A DNA stretch of 17,974 nucleotides, from positions 1-17,974 of the forward strand of contig JBFMGU010000195.1 of the NCBI GenBank assembly GCA_040752415.1. The letters run 5' to 3'. The notes under the pieces are model-generated. The model was not told the origin of the DNA. It ran no database searches and saw only the letters and a program-made list of their open reading frames with translations. The DNA comes from Myxococcota bacterium (GTDB taxonomy: Bacteria > Myxococcota > JACRCW01). Numbering within the stretch: the stretch's first letter is position 1; each line of letters opens with the position of its first letter. Of this stretch, positions 8,576-16,516 are shown piece by piece. The translations under genes were made by a program, and so were the position numbers.

Positions 8576-9694
8576 TCAGCGTCCCACGCTGCTCTGCGCG
8601 GTGGGGGCGGCGGGAGCGTCCTCGCCCCAGATGATGGCGCGGGCCACCCAGAAGTCCAAGGCCGTCCACGCCGTCATCACCAGCGCCAGCCCCATGGCGC
8701 CGTACATGGCGGGGGAGAGGAAGTGCTCCCCGTGCGGCAGCGACAACACCACCGTGCTCCCCACGGCCAGCGCCAGGCTGCGCAGCGGATAGGTCCAGGG
8801 CTTGGGCAGCACGCCCTCGTGGCAGCGCAGGTTGTCCACCGCGCCACTGGTGAGCTCCGCCGCCATGACCACAATCCACACCGGCGCCGCCTCGATGAAC
8901 GCCATCAGCATCAGCGGCAGGCCTGCGCCGGCAATCAGCGTCCACAGCAGGCGACCGATGTCCTGGATGCGATGCCCGCGCCCTTCCTTCAGCACCGCCC
9001 ACGCGCCGCCCAGGTAGTCCAGCGCGCTGGCCCACGTGAACACCAGGATCACGCCCCAGTGCACCGCAATGGCCTCCCGCGGCGGAAGCATGAGACGCAC
9101 CAGGAACGCGAGCACGATCAGCGAGCACGGCACGAACACCAGCGGGCTCACCTTCCGCGTCACCGCGTAGCGCCAGATCATCACGGCAATGGCGCCCACG
9201 GAGCCCACGCCCAACGTCGTCAGGATCTGCGTGGTGTCCGGCACGCGGTCGATGAGGAAGATGAACCCTGCGCCCACCATCTGGATGGACGTCTTGAGCT
9301 TGGCCAGCACGCTGGTCTTCACGTTCTTGCCGCGCAGGCTCATGGCGCTTCGGAGCGAGGTGATGAGGAACTCTCGCAGCAGGATGGCCACCATCACCGG
9401 CGCGGAGACCAGGTTGAACGCGGCCAGCGGCGTGATGACCGCGGCCATGAAGACCTTGTCGGCCACGGGGTCCAGCAGCGCGCCCAGCACGGTGGGGCCG
9501 TAGTGTCGGGCCATGCGCCCGTCGACGTAATCGGTGATGCCCAGCAGCGTGTAGATGATGAGCGCCAACAGCTCCCACTCGCGCGGCGCGTACAGGACCA
9601 TGGCGCACGGGATGGGCAGCAGCGCCATGCGGGCCAGCGTGACCTGGTTGGCGGTGATGAGCGGCTTGGGGCGCGCCGTGGGGTTCTCGGTCAC
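8576..9694 (-). CDS. CDP-alcohol phosphatidyltransferase (PgsA-like), unusually long (372 aa)
   Basis: ANQVTLAR and the intact signature DYVDGRMARHYGPTVLGALLDPVADK; REFLITSLR...AKLKTSIQM; many hydrophobic helices. The GTG start overlaps the upstream TGA. Confidence 0.92.
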   Translation of the reverse strand: MTENPTARPKPLITANQVTLARMALLPIPCAMVLYAPREWELLALIIYTLLGITDYVDGRMARHYGPTVLGALLDPVADKVFMAAVITPLAAFNLVSAPVMVAILLREFLITSLRSAMSLRGKNVKTSVLAKLKTSIQMVGAGFIFLIDRVPDTTQILTTLGVGSVGAIAVMIWRYAVTRKVSPLVFVPCSLIVLAFLVRLMLPPREAIAVHWGVILVFTWASALDYLGGAWAVLKEGRGHRIQDIGRLLWTLIAGAGLPLMLMAFIEAAPVWIVVMAAELTSGAVDNLRCHEGVLPKPWTYPLRSLALAVGSTVVLSLPHGEHFLSPAMYGAMGLALVMTAWTALDFWVARAIIWGEDAPAAPTAQSSVGR

Positions 9695-11421
9695 GGCGTG
9701 GGCTCCTCGTCCTCGGGTTCGGGCTCGGCGGGCGGGGGCTTCACCGGCGTGCCGCTGGGTCTGACGGCGGGAACGGTGGGCCCCACCTCACGCTGCCCAC
9801 CCGCACGACGTGCCTGGTCCAACGTCCTCGCCTCGTTCACCAGCTGCGGAGCACGTTCCTCCAGCAGCGTCATCAGCGTGTTGACGTCCTCCGCCAACGG
9901 AGAGCCCTGCGGGAACGCACCCAGCAGGCTGGCCAGCACCGGCGCGGGCAGCTGGGCCGGGTCGCTCCGACGGGCGGCGGCCGCCAACGCCTCACGTGGG
10001 TCCGTGCGTGCCTTCTGCGCCGCGGGTCCCAGCAGCAGCGGCGCCTGGTCACAGCCCTTGCCCTCCAACGTGCGGGCCTGCTTCACCACGGCGGGAATCA
10101 GCTCGTGCAGACGCGGCGCCAGTCCCGCACGCCACTCACTGCGCGCGGCCAGCAGGCCCAACAACGCCCGCAGCTGGAACCCCCGACGTCCCTCCTTGGC
10201 CGCGGCCTCCGCGCGCGAAACCACGTCGCGATAGATCTCGGCGTCGTCGGGGGCTTCCGCCAGGTAGGCGAGGGCGGCGGAGAGCGCCAGGTCGGGAGCG
10301 CGGTCCCAGGTGCCGCGGAGGAAGGCGCGGATCTCGTCGGCACCGCCCTGGTGGCGCGCCACACCGTTGGCGGCGTGCAGGCGCTCATCCATCGGCCGAC
10401 CGCCCTTGGGCCCGGGATCGAACGCCAGCGCCAGCGGGGTGGCCGAGCACACGCTCTGTCCCTCCAGGAACGTGAGGCGCGCGCCGGTCCACAGCACCTC
10501 CAGGTCCGGGTCGGAATCCAGCTGGCGCAGCGTGATTTCACCCAGGGTGATCTGGTGCTCATCCTCGAGCCGTCCCACGACGGAGAGCACCGGCGCATAT
10601 CCCTGTGCGCCGCGGCTCAGGAGCACCAGCGCGTGCGCCTCATCCCGACCCACGCGCAGCAACAGCTCCGGCTCCGCGCTGCCCGCCAGGTCCCAGCCCA
10701 GCTCCACCTGCGCCGGGCCATCCACGACGTCACAGCCCGCGCAATCCGGTTTGGGCACGCTCACCGCCTCCAGCTGCGCGCCCGCGTGGTCCAGCACCAG
10801 CACCTTGCCTTCCACCGCGCCGGTGACGAACGCGCGCACAACACCGTCGCCGCCGGGGGCGAGATGGGCGGTCACCGTGGGCGTTCCCCCGTCGGGAGAC
10901 GCAGTGGCGCCCGCAGGCACCAGCTTGTGCAACGCGTTCCGCAGCGGCGCGCCGAACTCACGCACGCGTGTGATCTGCAGCGGGACGAACGCGGGCTCTC
11001 CCGTCGGGGGCGGGCCCACCACGGGGGCCACGGCCTTGCTCGCCACCAGCTCGGGCGCGCGGGCATCCAGCAGGTCGCGGCGCGGCCAGTCCCCGACGGT
11101 GACGCGGTACCAGATGCCCTTGGTGCCCAGGTCCGCGCGATGCGCCTTGGCCACCACGCCGTTGCGCGTGAGTGTTTCCGCCAGCGCGCGCGCCTCGGTC
11201 TCTTCCGGGGTGGCCTTGATCTGCGCGGCCCACACCTTGGCGGGCAGCAGCGTCACGCCGGGAACCGACTCATCCACGTCCTTCAGCGGGGGAAGCGCGG
11301 CGCGCGCGGCGGAAGCGGCGTCCGGTGCGGTTGTGGGCGCAGGAGTGGAGCGCGGGCACGCGGTGCACACCGCGCCCATCAGCAACCAGGGGACCCCCCA
11401 CCAGCGCGGGCTCCGTTTCAC
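9691..11421 (-). CDS. SPOR-domain (peptidoglycan-binding) lipoprotein
   Basis: GTG 11421 gives MKRSPRWWGVPWLLMGAVCTAC (lipobox-like). SPOR motif WAAQIKATPEETEARALAETLTRNGVVA...GIWYRVTVGDW. Later FG-GAP-like DLAGSAEPELL and QLDSDPDLEVL motifs, then a helical C-terminus. The track's 11817 start overlaps a divergent gene. Confidence 0.82.
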   Translation of the reverse strand: MKRSPRWWGVPWLLMGAVCTACPRSTPAPTTAPDAASAARAALPPLKDVDESVPGVTLLPAKVWAAQIKATPEETEARALAETLTRNGVVAKAHRADLGTKGIWYRVTVGDWPRRDLLDARAPELVASKAVAPVVGPPPTGEPAFVPLQITRVREFGAPLRNALHKLVPAGATASPDGGTPTVTAHLAPGGDGVVRAFVTGAVEGKVLVLDHAGAQLEAVSVPKPDCAGCDVVDGPAQVELGWDLAGSAEPELLLRVGRDEAHALVLLSRGAQGYAPVLSVVGRLEDEHQITLGEITLRQLDSDPDLEVLWTGARLTFLEGQSVCSATPLALAFDPGPKGGRPMDERLHAANGVARHQGGADEIRAFLRGTWDRAPDLALSAALAYLAEAPDDAEIYRDVVSRAEAAAKEGRRGFQLRALLGLLAARSEWRAGLAPRLHELIPAVVKQARTLEGKGCDQAPLLLGPAAQKARTDPREALAAAARRSDPAQLPAPVLASLLGAFPQGSPLAEDVNTLMTLLEERAPQLVNEARTLDQARRAGGQREVGPTVPAVRPSGTPVKPPPAEPEPEDEEPTP

Positions 11422-11429
11422 GACGGCGC

Positions 11430-11435
11430 ACCCTA
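11430..11435 (-). promoter_or_regulatory. Putative -10 element TAGGGT, possible leaderless promoter of the SPOR operon
   Basis: TAnnnT hexamer 8 nt before GTG 11421, with no properly spaced SD. Confidence 0.4.
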
Positions 11436-11492
11436 CCCAAGGACCCTCCCCAACGCCTACCGCTTCGTGGACACGTCGGGATCGGGGTTGCC

Positions 11493-11522
11493 TTGACGCG
11501 ATGCGGCAGGGGGCGGGATGGT
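11493..11522 (+). promoter_or_regulatory. Putative sigma70-type promoter (TTGACG-N18-GATGGT)
   Basis: Good -35 and weak -10, upstream of the GGAGG SD of the gene at 11551. Confidence 0.3.
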
Positions 11523-11550
11523 GCCCGGTCTCGGCGGGACGGAGGGATTC

Positions 11551-11844
11551 ATGGAAGAGCGCAAGGGCGTGAAGGACCGGATCCGGGATGAGGGCCTCAA
11601 GCTGGGGATGAAGGCGGTCTCCAAGCTGATGGAGGACCCGGACCGCGCGCAGATGGTGATGGGCGCGGTGCAGAAGGTGCAGCAGGGCAAGGAGAGCCTG
11701 GACGACGTCACCGGGCGCCTGCGCAACCTGGCGGACCTGCCCAGCCGGGATGATTTCAAGGAGTTGGGAAAGCTGGTGGGGAAGCTGCGGCGGGAAGTTC
11801 GCAAGCTCAAGAGCCAACTCGACGACGTGGCCGAGAAGCTCTGA
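11551..11844 (+). CDS. Small helical/coiled-coil protein (phasin/PhaE-C-terminus-like LP(S/T)RxD motif)
   Basis: SD GGAGG, ATG 11551, 97 aa. LRNLADLPSRDDFKELGKLVGKLRREVRKLKSQLDDV. Confidence 0.8.
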   Translation: MEERKGVKDRIRDEGLKLGMKAVSKLMEDPDRAQMVMGAVQKVQQGKESLDDVTGRLRNLADLPSRDDFKELGKLVGKLRREVRKLKSQLDDVAEKL

Positions 11845-11865
11845 GCCCGCATCGCGCTCTCGCCT

Positions 11866-12927
11866 TCAGCGCACCTCCAGGCACTCCTGCGCGTTGACCA
11901 CCACCTTCTCGAAGCCACCCTTGCCGCCGGGCGGGATGAGCGTGAAGGTTGGCAGACCCGTCCCATAGTCCGGGCTGTTGCCCTGGATGGACCGACGGTC
12001 CTTGAAGGTCACCGTCACCATGCGGCCCGCCGCGGGCAGCGGGTTCTGTCCGGGATTGAGCGAGACGAAAATCGCCTTCACCTGGGAAAGCGAGAGTGAC
12101 TCGGAGCGGCCCGCGCCCTGGGGCAGCAACGTGAAGCCCAGCTCCCCGCGACCCAGCCGCTGGATGATGCCGCGCTTCACCTCGCCGCTGACCATGTGCA
12201 CGGTGACCTTGCGCTTGCCAATGAGCACGTTCGGGTCGTCGGACGTGTCGCCACCTTCCAGGTCCATGTCCTGCGCCACCAGCAACCCCGTGGAATACAG
12301 CTCCACAAAGTCATCCAGGAAGACGCCGCCCGGCATGGCCGTGATCGTCGTGGTGCCGCTGGCGGGGCTGGGCGTGGTGGAGGCGTTGCGCAGCTTGTCC
12401 GCCAGCCGGGAGTCGATGACGGGCAGGTCCACCTCGGGCTGCTCCACCACCTGGTACCCGTCGCCGTAACCGAAGTACTCCATGGCGGAGAGGTTGGACT
12501 CCGGCGGCGTGTACGCGCTGCCGCGGTTGATGTCGGAGAGCTGCTGGACGGCCTCGTCGGCGTTCCTGGCGCGCGGGCGCGTCTTGTTGGCCTTCAGCGC
12601 CTCGTCGGCCTTGGCCGCGCTCTTCTCCACGTCGGCGGCCAGCTCATCCGGCAGGTCCAGCTTGAAGGCGTTGGGGTTGCCTTGCGGGTTGAGGTCCGCG
12701 GCGTTGACGCGGCCGGAGGGAGGCGGCGGCGCGGAGGCGGCGGGCGCGGCGGGGTTGGTCCGCGTGGGCGTGGGCTTGGGCGCGCTGCTGCCACGCCGGG
12801 CCATCTCGTCGTCGAGGATGGTGCGGATGTCCTGGAGCCGCTTCTCCTGCTCCGCGGTCAACCCGCCGGCCTTGCGCAGCTCACTCAGGTGCTTGAGCTC
12901 ACGCATGAGCTCCATGGTGGTGGCCAT
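11866..12927 (-). CDS. DUF6982-like domain protein
   Basis: SD GGAGGA. Short N-terminal helical hairpin and a Pro/Ala-rich linker. C-terminal KVTVHMVSGEVKRG...SLSQVKAIFV...VTVTFKDRRSIQG...FTLIP resembles the myxobacterial DUF6982 domain (recognised from memory). Confidence 0.75.
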   Translation of the reverse strand: MATTMELMRELKHLSELRKAGGLTAEQEKRLQDIRTILDDEMARRGSSAPKPTPTRTNPAAPAASAPPPPSGRVNAADLNPQGNPNAFKLDLPDELAADVEKSAAKADEALKANKTRPRARNADEAVQQLSDINRGSAYTPPESNLSAMEYFGYGDGYQVVEQPEVDLPVIDSRLADKLRNASTTPSPASGTTTITAMPGGVFLDDFVELYSTGLLVAQDMDLEGGDTSDDPNVLIGKRKVTVHMVSGEVKRGIIQRLGRGELGFTLLPQGAGRSESLSLSQVKAIFVSLNPGQNPLPAAGRMVTVTFKDRRSIQGNSPDYGTGLPTFTLIPPGGKGGFEKVVVNAQECLEVR

Positions 12928-12948
12928 GTCCGTCCTCCTCCGGTTGTG

Positions 12949-14208
12949 TCAGTGCGCCGCGGCCGCGGCGGGCTTTCCGTCGTGGGCGCGGATGGCGGCC
13001 CACAGCTCTTCCTCGGTGAGCACGCGGTCATGCTCCTTGGCGCGGTCCAGCAGCGCCTGGCAGAGCCGCTCCTCCTCCCGCACGCCGTGGCGCTTGAGCC
13101 AGTAGCGCACGTTGGACAGCCCGCTCATGGGACCGATCTCGATCTCCTGGTGCTTGCCGAACTCGCTCGCCGGCACGCCGCTGTAGATGCGGTCCGCCAA
13201 CCAGTTCTCACCCTTCTGCTCCGCCTTGATGACCGCCGCGGCGTGGACGCCGGTGGCGGTGCGGAACGCGTCGCGACCGGCCAGAGGATAGTTGTACGGA
13301 ATCCCAACCCCAAAGATGTCGCCGGCCAGCTTGCAATACTCGACGAGCGCGTTCAGCTCGTACGGCCAGGAGCCCAGCAGCTTGAGGTTGAGCAGGAGCT
13401 GGTCCATGGACGCGTTGCCCACGCGTTCCCCAATGCCCAGCGCCGTGCCGTGGATGCGGTCCACGCCCGTCTCGAACGCCACCAGCGTGTTGGTGACGGC
13501 AAAGCCGCGGTCATTGTGCCCGTGCCAGTCCAGCTTCACGTCGACACCCATGCAGCGCACCAGCGCGCGCGTCCAGGTCACCAGCGCGGCAACACCGTCG
13601 GGGGTGGCGTGGCCCACGGTGTCGCAGAGCACCAGGCGCTTGGCTCCGTGGTTGATGGCGGCGCGGAAGAGTCGGTCCAGCGTCTCCGGCCGGCTGCGCA
13701 CGGTGTCCTCGGTGACAAAGGCCACCTCCACCTGGTGCTTGACCGCCCACGTCACGGCCTCCTCCACGGTCTTCAGCAGCCGGTCCAGGTCCCACGCCTC
13801 GGCGTACTGCCGGATGGGGCTGGTCCCCAGGAACGCGTAGGCCATCACCGGCACGCCGGTCTCCTGCTGGATCGTCGCCACCGGCTCCAGGTCACGGATG
13901 ACGGTGCGCGCCGCGGCGCACGCCTGGAGCTTGAGCTTGTTGTCGCGGATGAAGGCCACCAGCTCCTTGGTGTCCGCCACCGCCCGAGGTCCCGCGCCGG
14001 GAAGGCCCAGGTCCGCGCACGTGATGTTCATCTTCGCCATCAACGTCAGCAGGTGCTTCTTCTTCTCGATGGGCGGGTCGATCACCGACGGGCTCTGGAT
14101 GCCGTCGCGCAGGGACTCGTCAAAGGTCTCGGGCACGCGCCCGTCGAAGGTGGAGCGCGGGGTGAGCCGGTTCCAGTCGAAGATCAGTTCGGATTCCTTG
14201 AAGCCCAT
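12949..14208 (-). CDS. 2-isopropylmalate synthase/homocitrate synthase family (DRE-TIM) protein lacking the C-terminal regulatory domain
   Basis: FDESLRDGIQSP, LCDTVGHATP, WHGHNDRG, GIGERVGN, AFRTATGVHA, IGPMSGLSNV. SD GGAGAGG before ATG 14208; 419 aa. Confidence 0.9.
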   Translation of the reverse strand: MGFKESELIFDWNRLTPRSTFDGRVPETFDESLRDGIQSPSVIDPPIEKKKHLLTLMAKMNITCADLGLPGAGPRAVADTKELVAFIRDNKLKLQACAAARTVIRDLEPVATIQQETGVPVMAYAFLGTSPIRQYAEAWDLDRLLKTVEEAVTWAVKHQVEVAFVTEDTVRSRPETLDRLFRAAINHGAKRLVLCDTVGHATPDGVAALVTWTRALVRCMGVDVKLDWHGHNDRGFAVTNTLVAFETGVDRIHGTALGIGERVGNASMDQLLLNLKLLGSWPYELNALVEYCKLAGDIFGVGIPYNYPLAGRDAFRTATGVHAAAVIKAEQKGENWLADRIYSGVPASEFGKHQEIEIGPMSGLSNVRYWLKRHGVREEERLCQALLDRAKEHDRVLTEEELWAAIRAHDGKPAAAAAH

Positions 14209-14349
14209 GGTGCCCTCTCCGCCGTGGGACCGCCGTCCCTGGAGCTGGATTGTTGGGATAACGCGCGGGAGGGTTGCGCGGCAATCGCGATGCAAAATCA
14301 AGGGCCTTCCCCGCAGCCGTTTCGCGTTTTCCGTCGATGGCGCCCTGCG

Positions 14350-15057
14350 TCAGGGAAGCTCCGTGGGCGTCACCACGCAGCCCTTCCCAATGAGTCGCGC
14401 CAGGTCGGCGTTGTCGTCGCGGTCCAGCGGGTTGCCGGTCAGGTCCACCGCGGTGGCGTTGGGACAGGTGAAGCGCTCGGCAAACACCTGGAAGTCGATG
14501 ATGGCGTTGGAGGAGACGTCCAGGTGTGTCAGCAACGTGTCGGCCAGCGCGGCCAGGTTGGTGATCCGGTTGTGGCCCAGGCGCACGGTGCGCAGCGACG
14601 GAGCGCTGGCCAGCGGTCCCAGGTTCACCACGTCGTTGTTGCTGACATCCAGCGTGTGCAGCTGCGTCATCTCCTCCACGCCGGTGAGGTCGAACACGCC
14701 GCGACCCGGACAGCGCAACTCCGCAATCTCCTCCACGGCCGCACCATTGAGCTGGCAGTTGCAGCTCACCTGTCCTCCGTCGACACGCGCCACACCTCCG
14801 TCGGGCGGACCGCCCTCGCCGCGGATGCACGCCACCAGCGCGGGGTCGCGGAACGTGACGCACCCGGCGTCCAGGAAACACGCGAAGCGGTCCTGCGGGT
14901 CGAACACCGGGCCGGCGCACAGGCCGTCGTCGTTGGGCTCGCTGCCGTCGTCGCAGAGGAAACCGCCGCCGCCGCCGCAGTCGGTGCACGCGGACGTGAG
15001 CGCGAGCAGCGCGAGCAGGGTCCACCGCGTGCCGGGGGAGACGGAGCAGGGCGTCAT
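14350..15057 (-). CDS. Leucine-rich-repeat (internalin-like) lipoprotein
   Basis: Signal RWTLLALLALTSAC; cap FRDPALVACIR; LRRs LTGVEEMTQLHTLDVSNNDVVNL, LRTVRLGHNRITNL, LTHLDVSSNAIIDF, VDLTGNPL. Confidence 0.88.
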   Translation of the reverse strand: MTPCSVSPGTRWTLLALLALTSACTDCGGGGGFLCDDGSEPNDDGLCAGPVFDPQDRFACFLDAGCVTFRDPALVACIRGEGGPPDGGVARVDGGQVSCNCQLNGAAVEEIAELRCPGRGVFDLTGVEEMTQLHTLDVSNNDVVNLGPLASAPSLRTVRLGHNRITNLAALADTLLTHLDVSSNAIIDFQVFAERFTCPNATAVDLTGNPLDRDDNADLARLIGKGCVVTPTELP

Positions 15058-15133
15058 GGACGTGGGATCAGAGCGCCGTCCGGGCCGGCCGCACAAGGGC
15101 TGGGGCGGGCCCTTCACCGCGGCGCAGTTGGAG

Positions 15134-15139
15134 TATGTT
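15134..15139 (+). promoter_or_regulatory. Putative -10 element TATGTT, possible leaderless promoter
   Basis: TAnnnT hexamer 8 nt before ATG 15148. Confidence 0.4.
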
Positions 15140-15147
15140 CCCGCGCC

Positions 15148-15930
15148 ATGAAAAGAGCCCTCCCGCTGATTCTTGCTTCCGCATTCCTCCTGGCCGCCAA
15201 GCCCGCCAAGCAGCCCAAGGCGGAGAAGGCCGAGAAGGCCCCCGCCGCCGCGCCCGTCGAGCCGCTCTCCTACGGGCAGGCCAAGGTGTCGGAGACCACG
15301 GTGGACCTCAACGTCGTCGACGAGCCACGCAAGGTGGCGGAGGCGTACCTGCGCGCACTGGAAGGGAAGGGCGACGAGGCCGCGCGGGAGACGCTGCTGG
15401 GCGGTGCCACGCTGAACGCGCGACTGGAGGTGCTGTCCAACTGGCGCATCGTCGCGCGGGAGCCGCTGAAGAGTGAGCAGGGCGAGCTGGCCGACGTGCA
15501 GAAGAGCGTGGAGTCCCTGGACAAGGAGGGTCGTGCGGCGCTGGCCAAGCTGATGGGCGGCGGCCCCGGTGGCGACGGAGATCCGGAAGGCCTGGGCGTG
15601 GAGATGTTTGACGCGGAGACCGCGGCGCAGATCCAGGGACCCACCAAGGCGCGCGCCGCGGCGTTCTACAAGAGCCACCCGGTGTTCGCGTACGTGATCC
15701 GCGTCGACCGCGAGGTGTACTGGCACCCCAAGAACCCCATGCGGAAGCTGCTGGGCGACGTGGGCAGCACCGGCCGCTACCAGCTGGACTTCAACCTGTT
15801 CCGCATCGAGACGCTGGAGGGTCGGGACAAGAAGAGCCGTGTGTGGCCGCTCCGCGTGGTGCGCATGCGCACGGACAAGATGGACACCGGCTGGAAGGTC
15901 CTGCCCGCCAGCGACTGGAACGCCGAGTAA
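15148..15930 (+). CDS. Secreted hypothetical protein (260 aa)
   Basis: MKRALPLILASAFLLAA signal peptide, a Lys/Pro/Ala linker, and strong GC3 bias. This is the only real part of the 1244-aa track ORF. Confidence 0.85.
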   Translation: MKRALPLILASAFLLAAKPAKQPKAEKAEKAPAAAPVEPLSYGQAKVSETTVDLNVVDEPRKVAEAYLRALEGKGDEAARETLLGGATLNARLEVLSNWRIVAREPLKSEQGELADVQKSVESLDKEGRAALAKLMGGGPGGDGDPEGLGVEMFDAETAAQIQGPTKARAAAFYKSHPVFAYVIRVDREVYWHPKNPMRKLLGDVGSTGRYQLDFNLFRIETLEGRDKKSRVWPLRVVRMRTDKMDTGWKVLPASDWNAE

Positions 15931-15933
15931 CGT

Positions 15934-16434
15934 TCACAGTCCCTCGAGGCGCAGCGTGAACCCCTCGTGTTTGGTCTCCTGGGGCGCGCTCGCCACGACG
16001 TAGATCGCCGTCGCACCTTCCGGCGCCGTGATCTCCACGATGCACTGCTCGCCCTGACCCGCGGGATTGGTGCAGCTCCCCGCCCACACCCGGCCCACCA
16101 CGTAGCTCCCGTCGCCATTGGGGAGCCCGGCGGCAAAATCCACGTCGTCGGCGTCCTTGCCGCGGTCGAACTCGACCACCAGGCGCACACGCGCCCCGTT
16201 GGCGTACGTGCCCGGCGCACGCCACCAGTAGCGGTGCCCGCGACAGAACGTGCCGTGGCGGTTCTCGCCGAGGATGAGGTCGGCGGCGGTGTCGCGGCTG
16301 ATGTTGACCGGGCCGGGATTGCAGGGGTCGGCGGCGTCGGGGGGATCCTGGGGTGTGCCGGCATCGGAGAAGTAATCCAGCGGCGCGCACGCGAGGGTGA
16401 GGAGCAGGGGAAGCAGGGACCAGCGCAGGGACAT
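15934..16434 (-). CDS. Hypothetical lipoprotein, beta-sandwich (PPC-like); paralog of 16517-17011
   Basis: MSLRWSLLPLLLTLAC lipobox; aligns by eye along its length with the adjacent gene. Confidence 0.82.
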   Translation of the reverse strand: MSLRWSLLPLLLTLACAPLDYFSDAGTPQDPPDAADPCNPGPVNISRDTAADLILGENRHGTFCRGHRYWWRAPGTYANGARVRLVVEFDRGKDADDVDFAAGLPNGDGSYVVGRVWAGSCTNPAGQGEQCIVEITAPEGATAIYVVASAPQETKHEGFTLRLEGL

Positions 16435-16441
16435 GGCGCGC

Positions 16442-16447
16442 ACTCTA
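16442..16447 (-). promoter_or_regulatory. Putative -10 element TAGAGT, possible leaderless promoter
   Basis: TAnnnT hexamer 7 nt before ATG 16434, with no SD. Confidence 0.4.
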
Positions 16448-16516
16448 GCCAAAAGGGGCGCCCGGCCGGATCTCCCACGACCCGACCGGACGCCCCCGAC
16501 GTGAACGCGCACGGTT

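Noticed and set aside
8550..9608. N-terminal extension of the 752-aa - strand ORF (possible fusion or frameshift with the phosphatidyltransferase)
   Set aside because: Arg/Gly/His-rich off-frame translation over the real 8576-9694 gene; the lipoprotein has its own signal peptide starting at 8549.
11422..11817. N-terminal extension of the 708-aa SPOR ORF
   Set aside because: Antisense to the well-formed gene 11551-11844; the signal peptide begins at GTG 11421.
12196..15147. 5' part of the 1244-aa + strand ORF
   Set aside because: Antisense shadow. The three - strand genes (left ends 11866, 12949, 14350) all share its codon register, and GC-rich genes rarely use TTA/CTA/TCA, so the frame stays open. 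Only 15148-15930 looks like a real protein.
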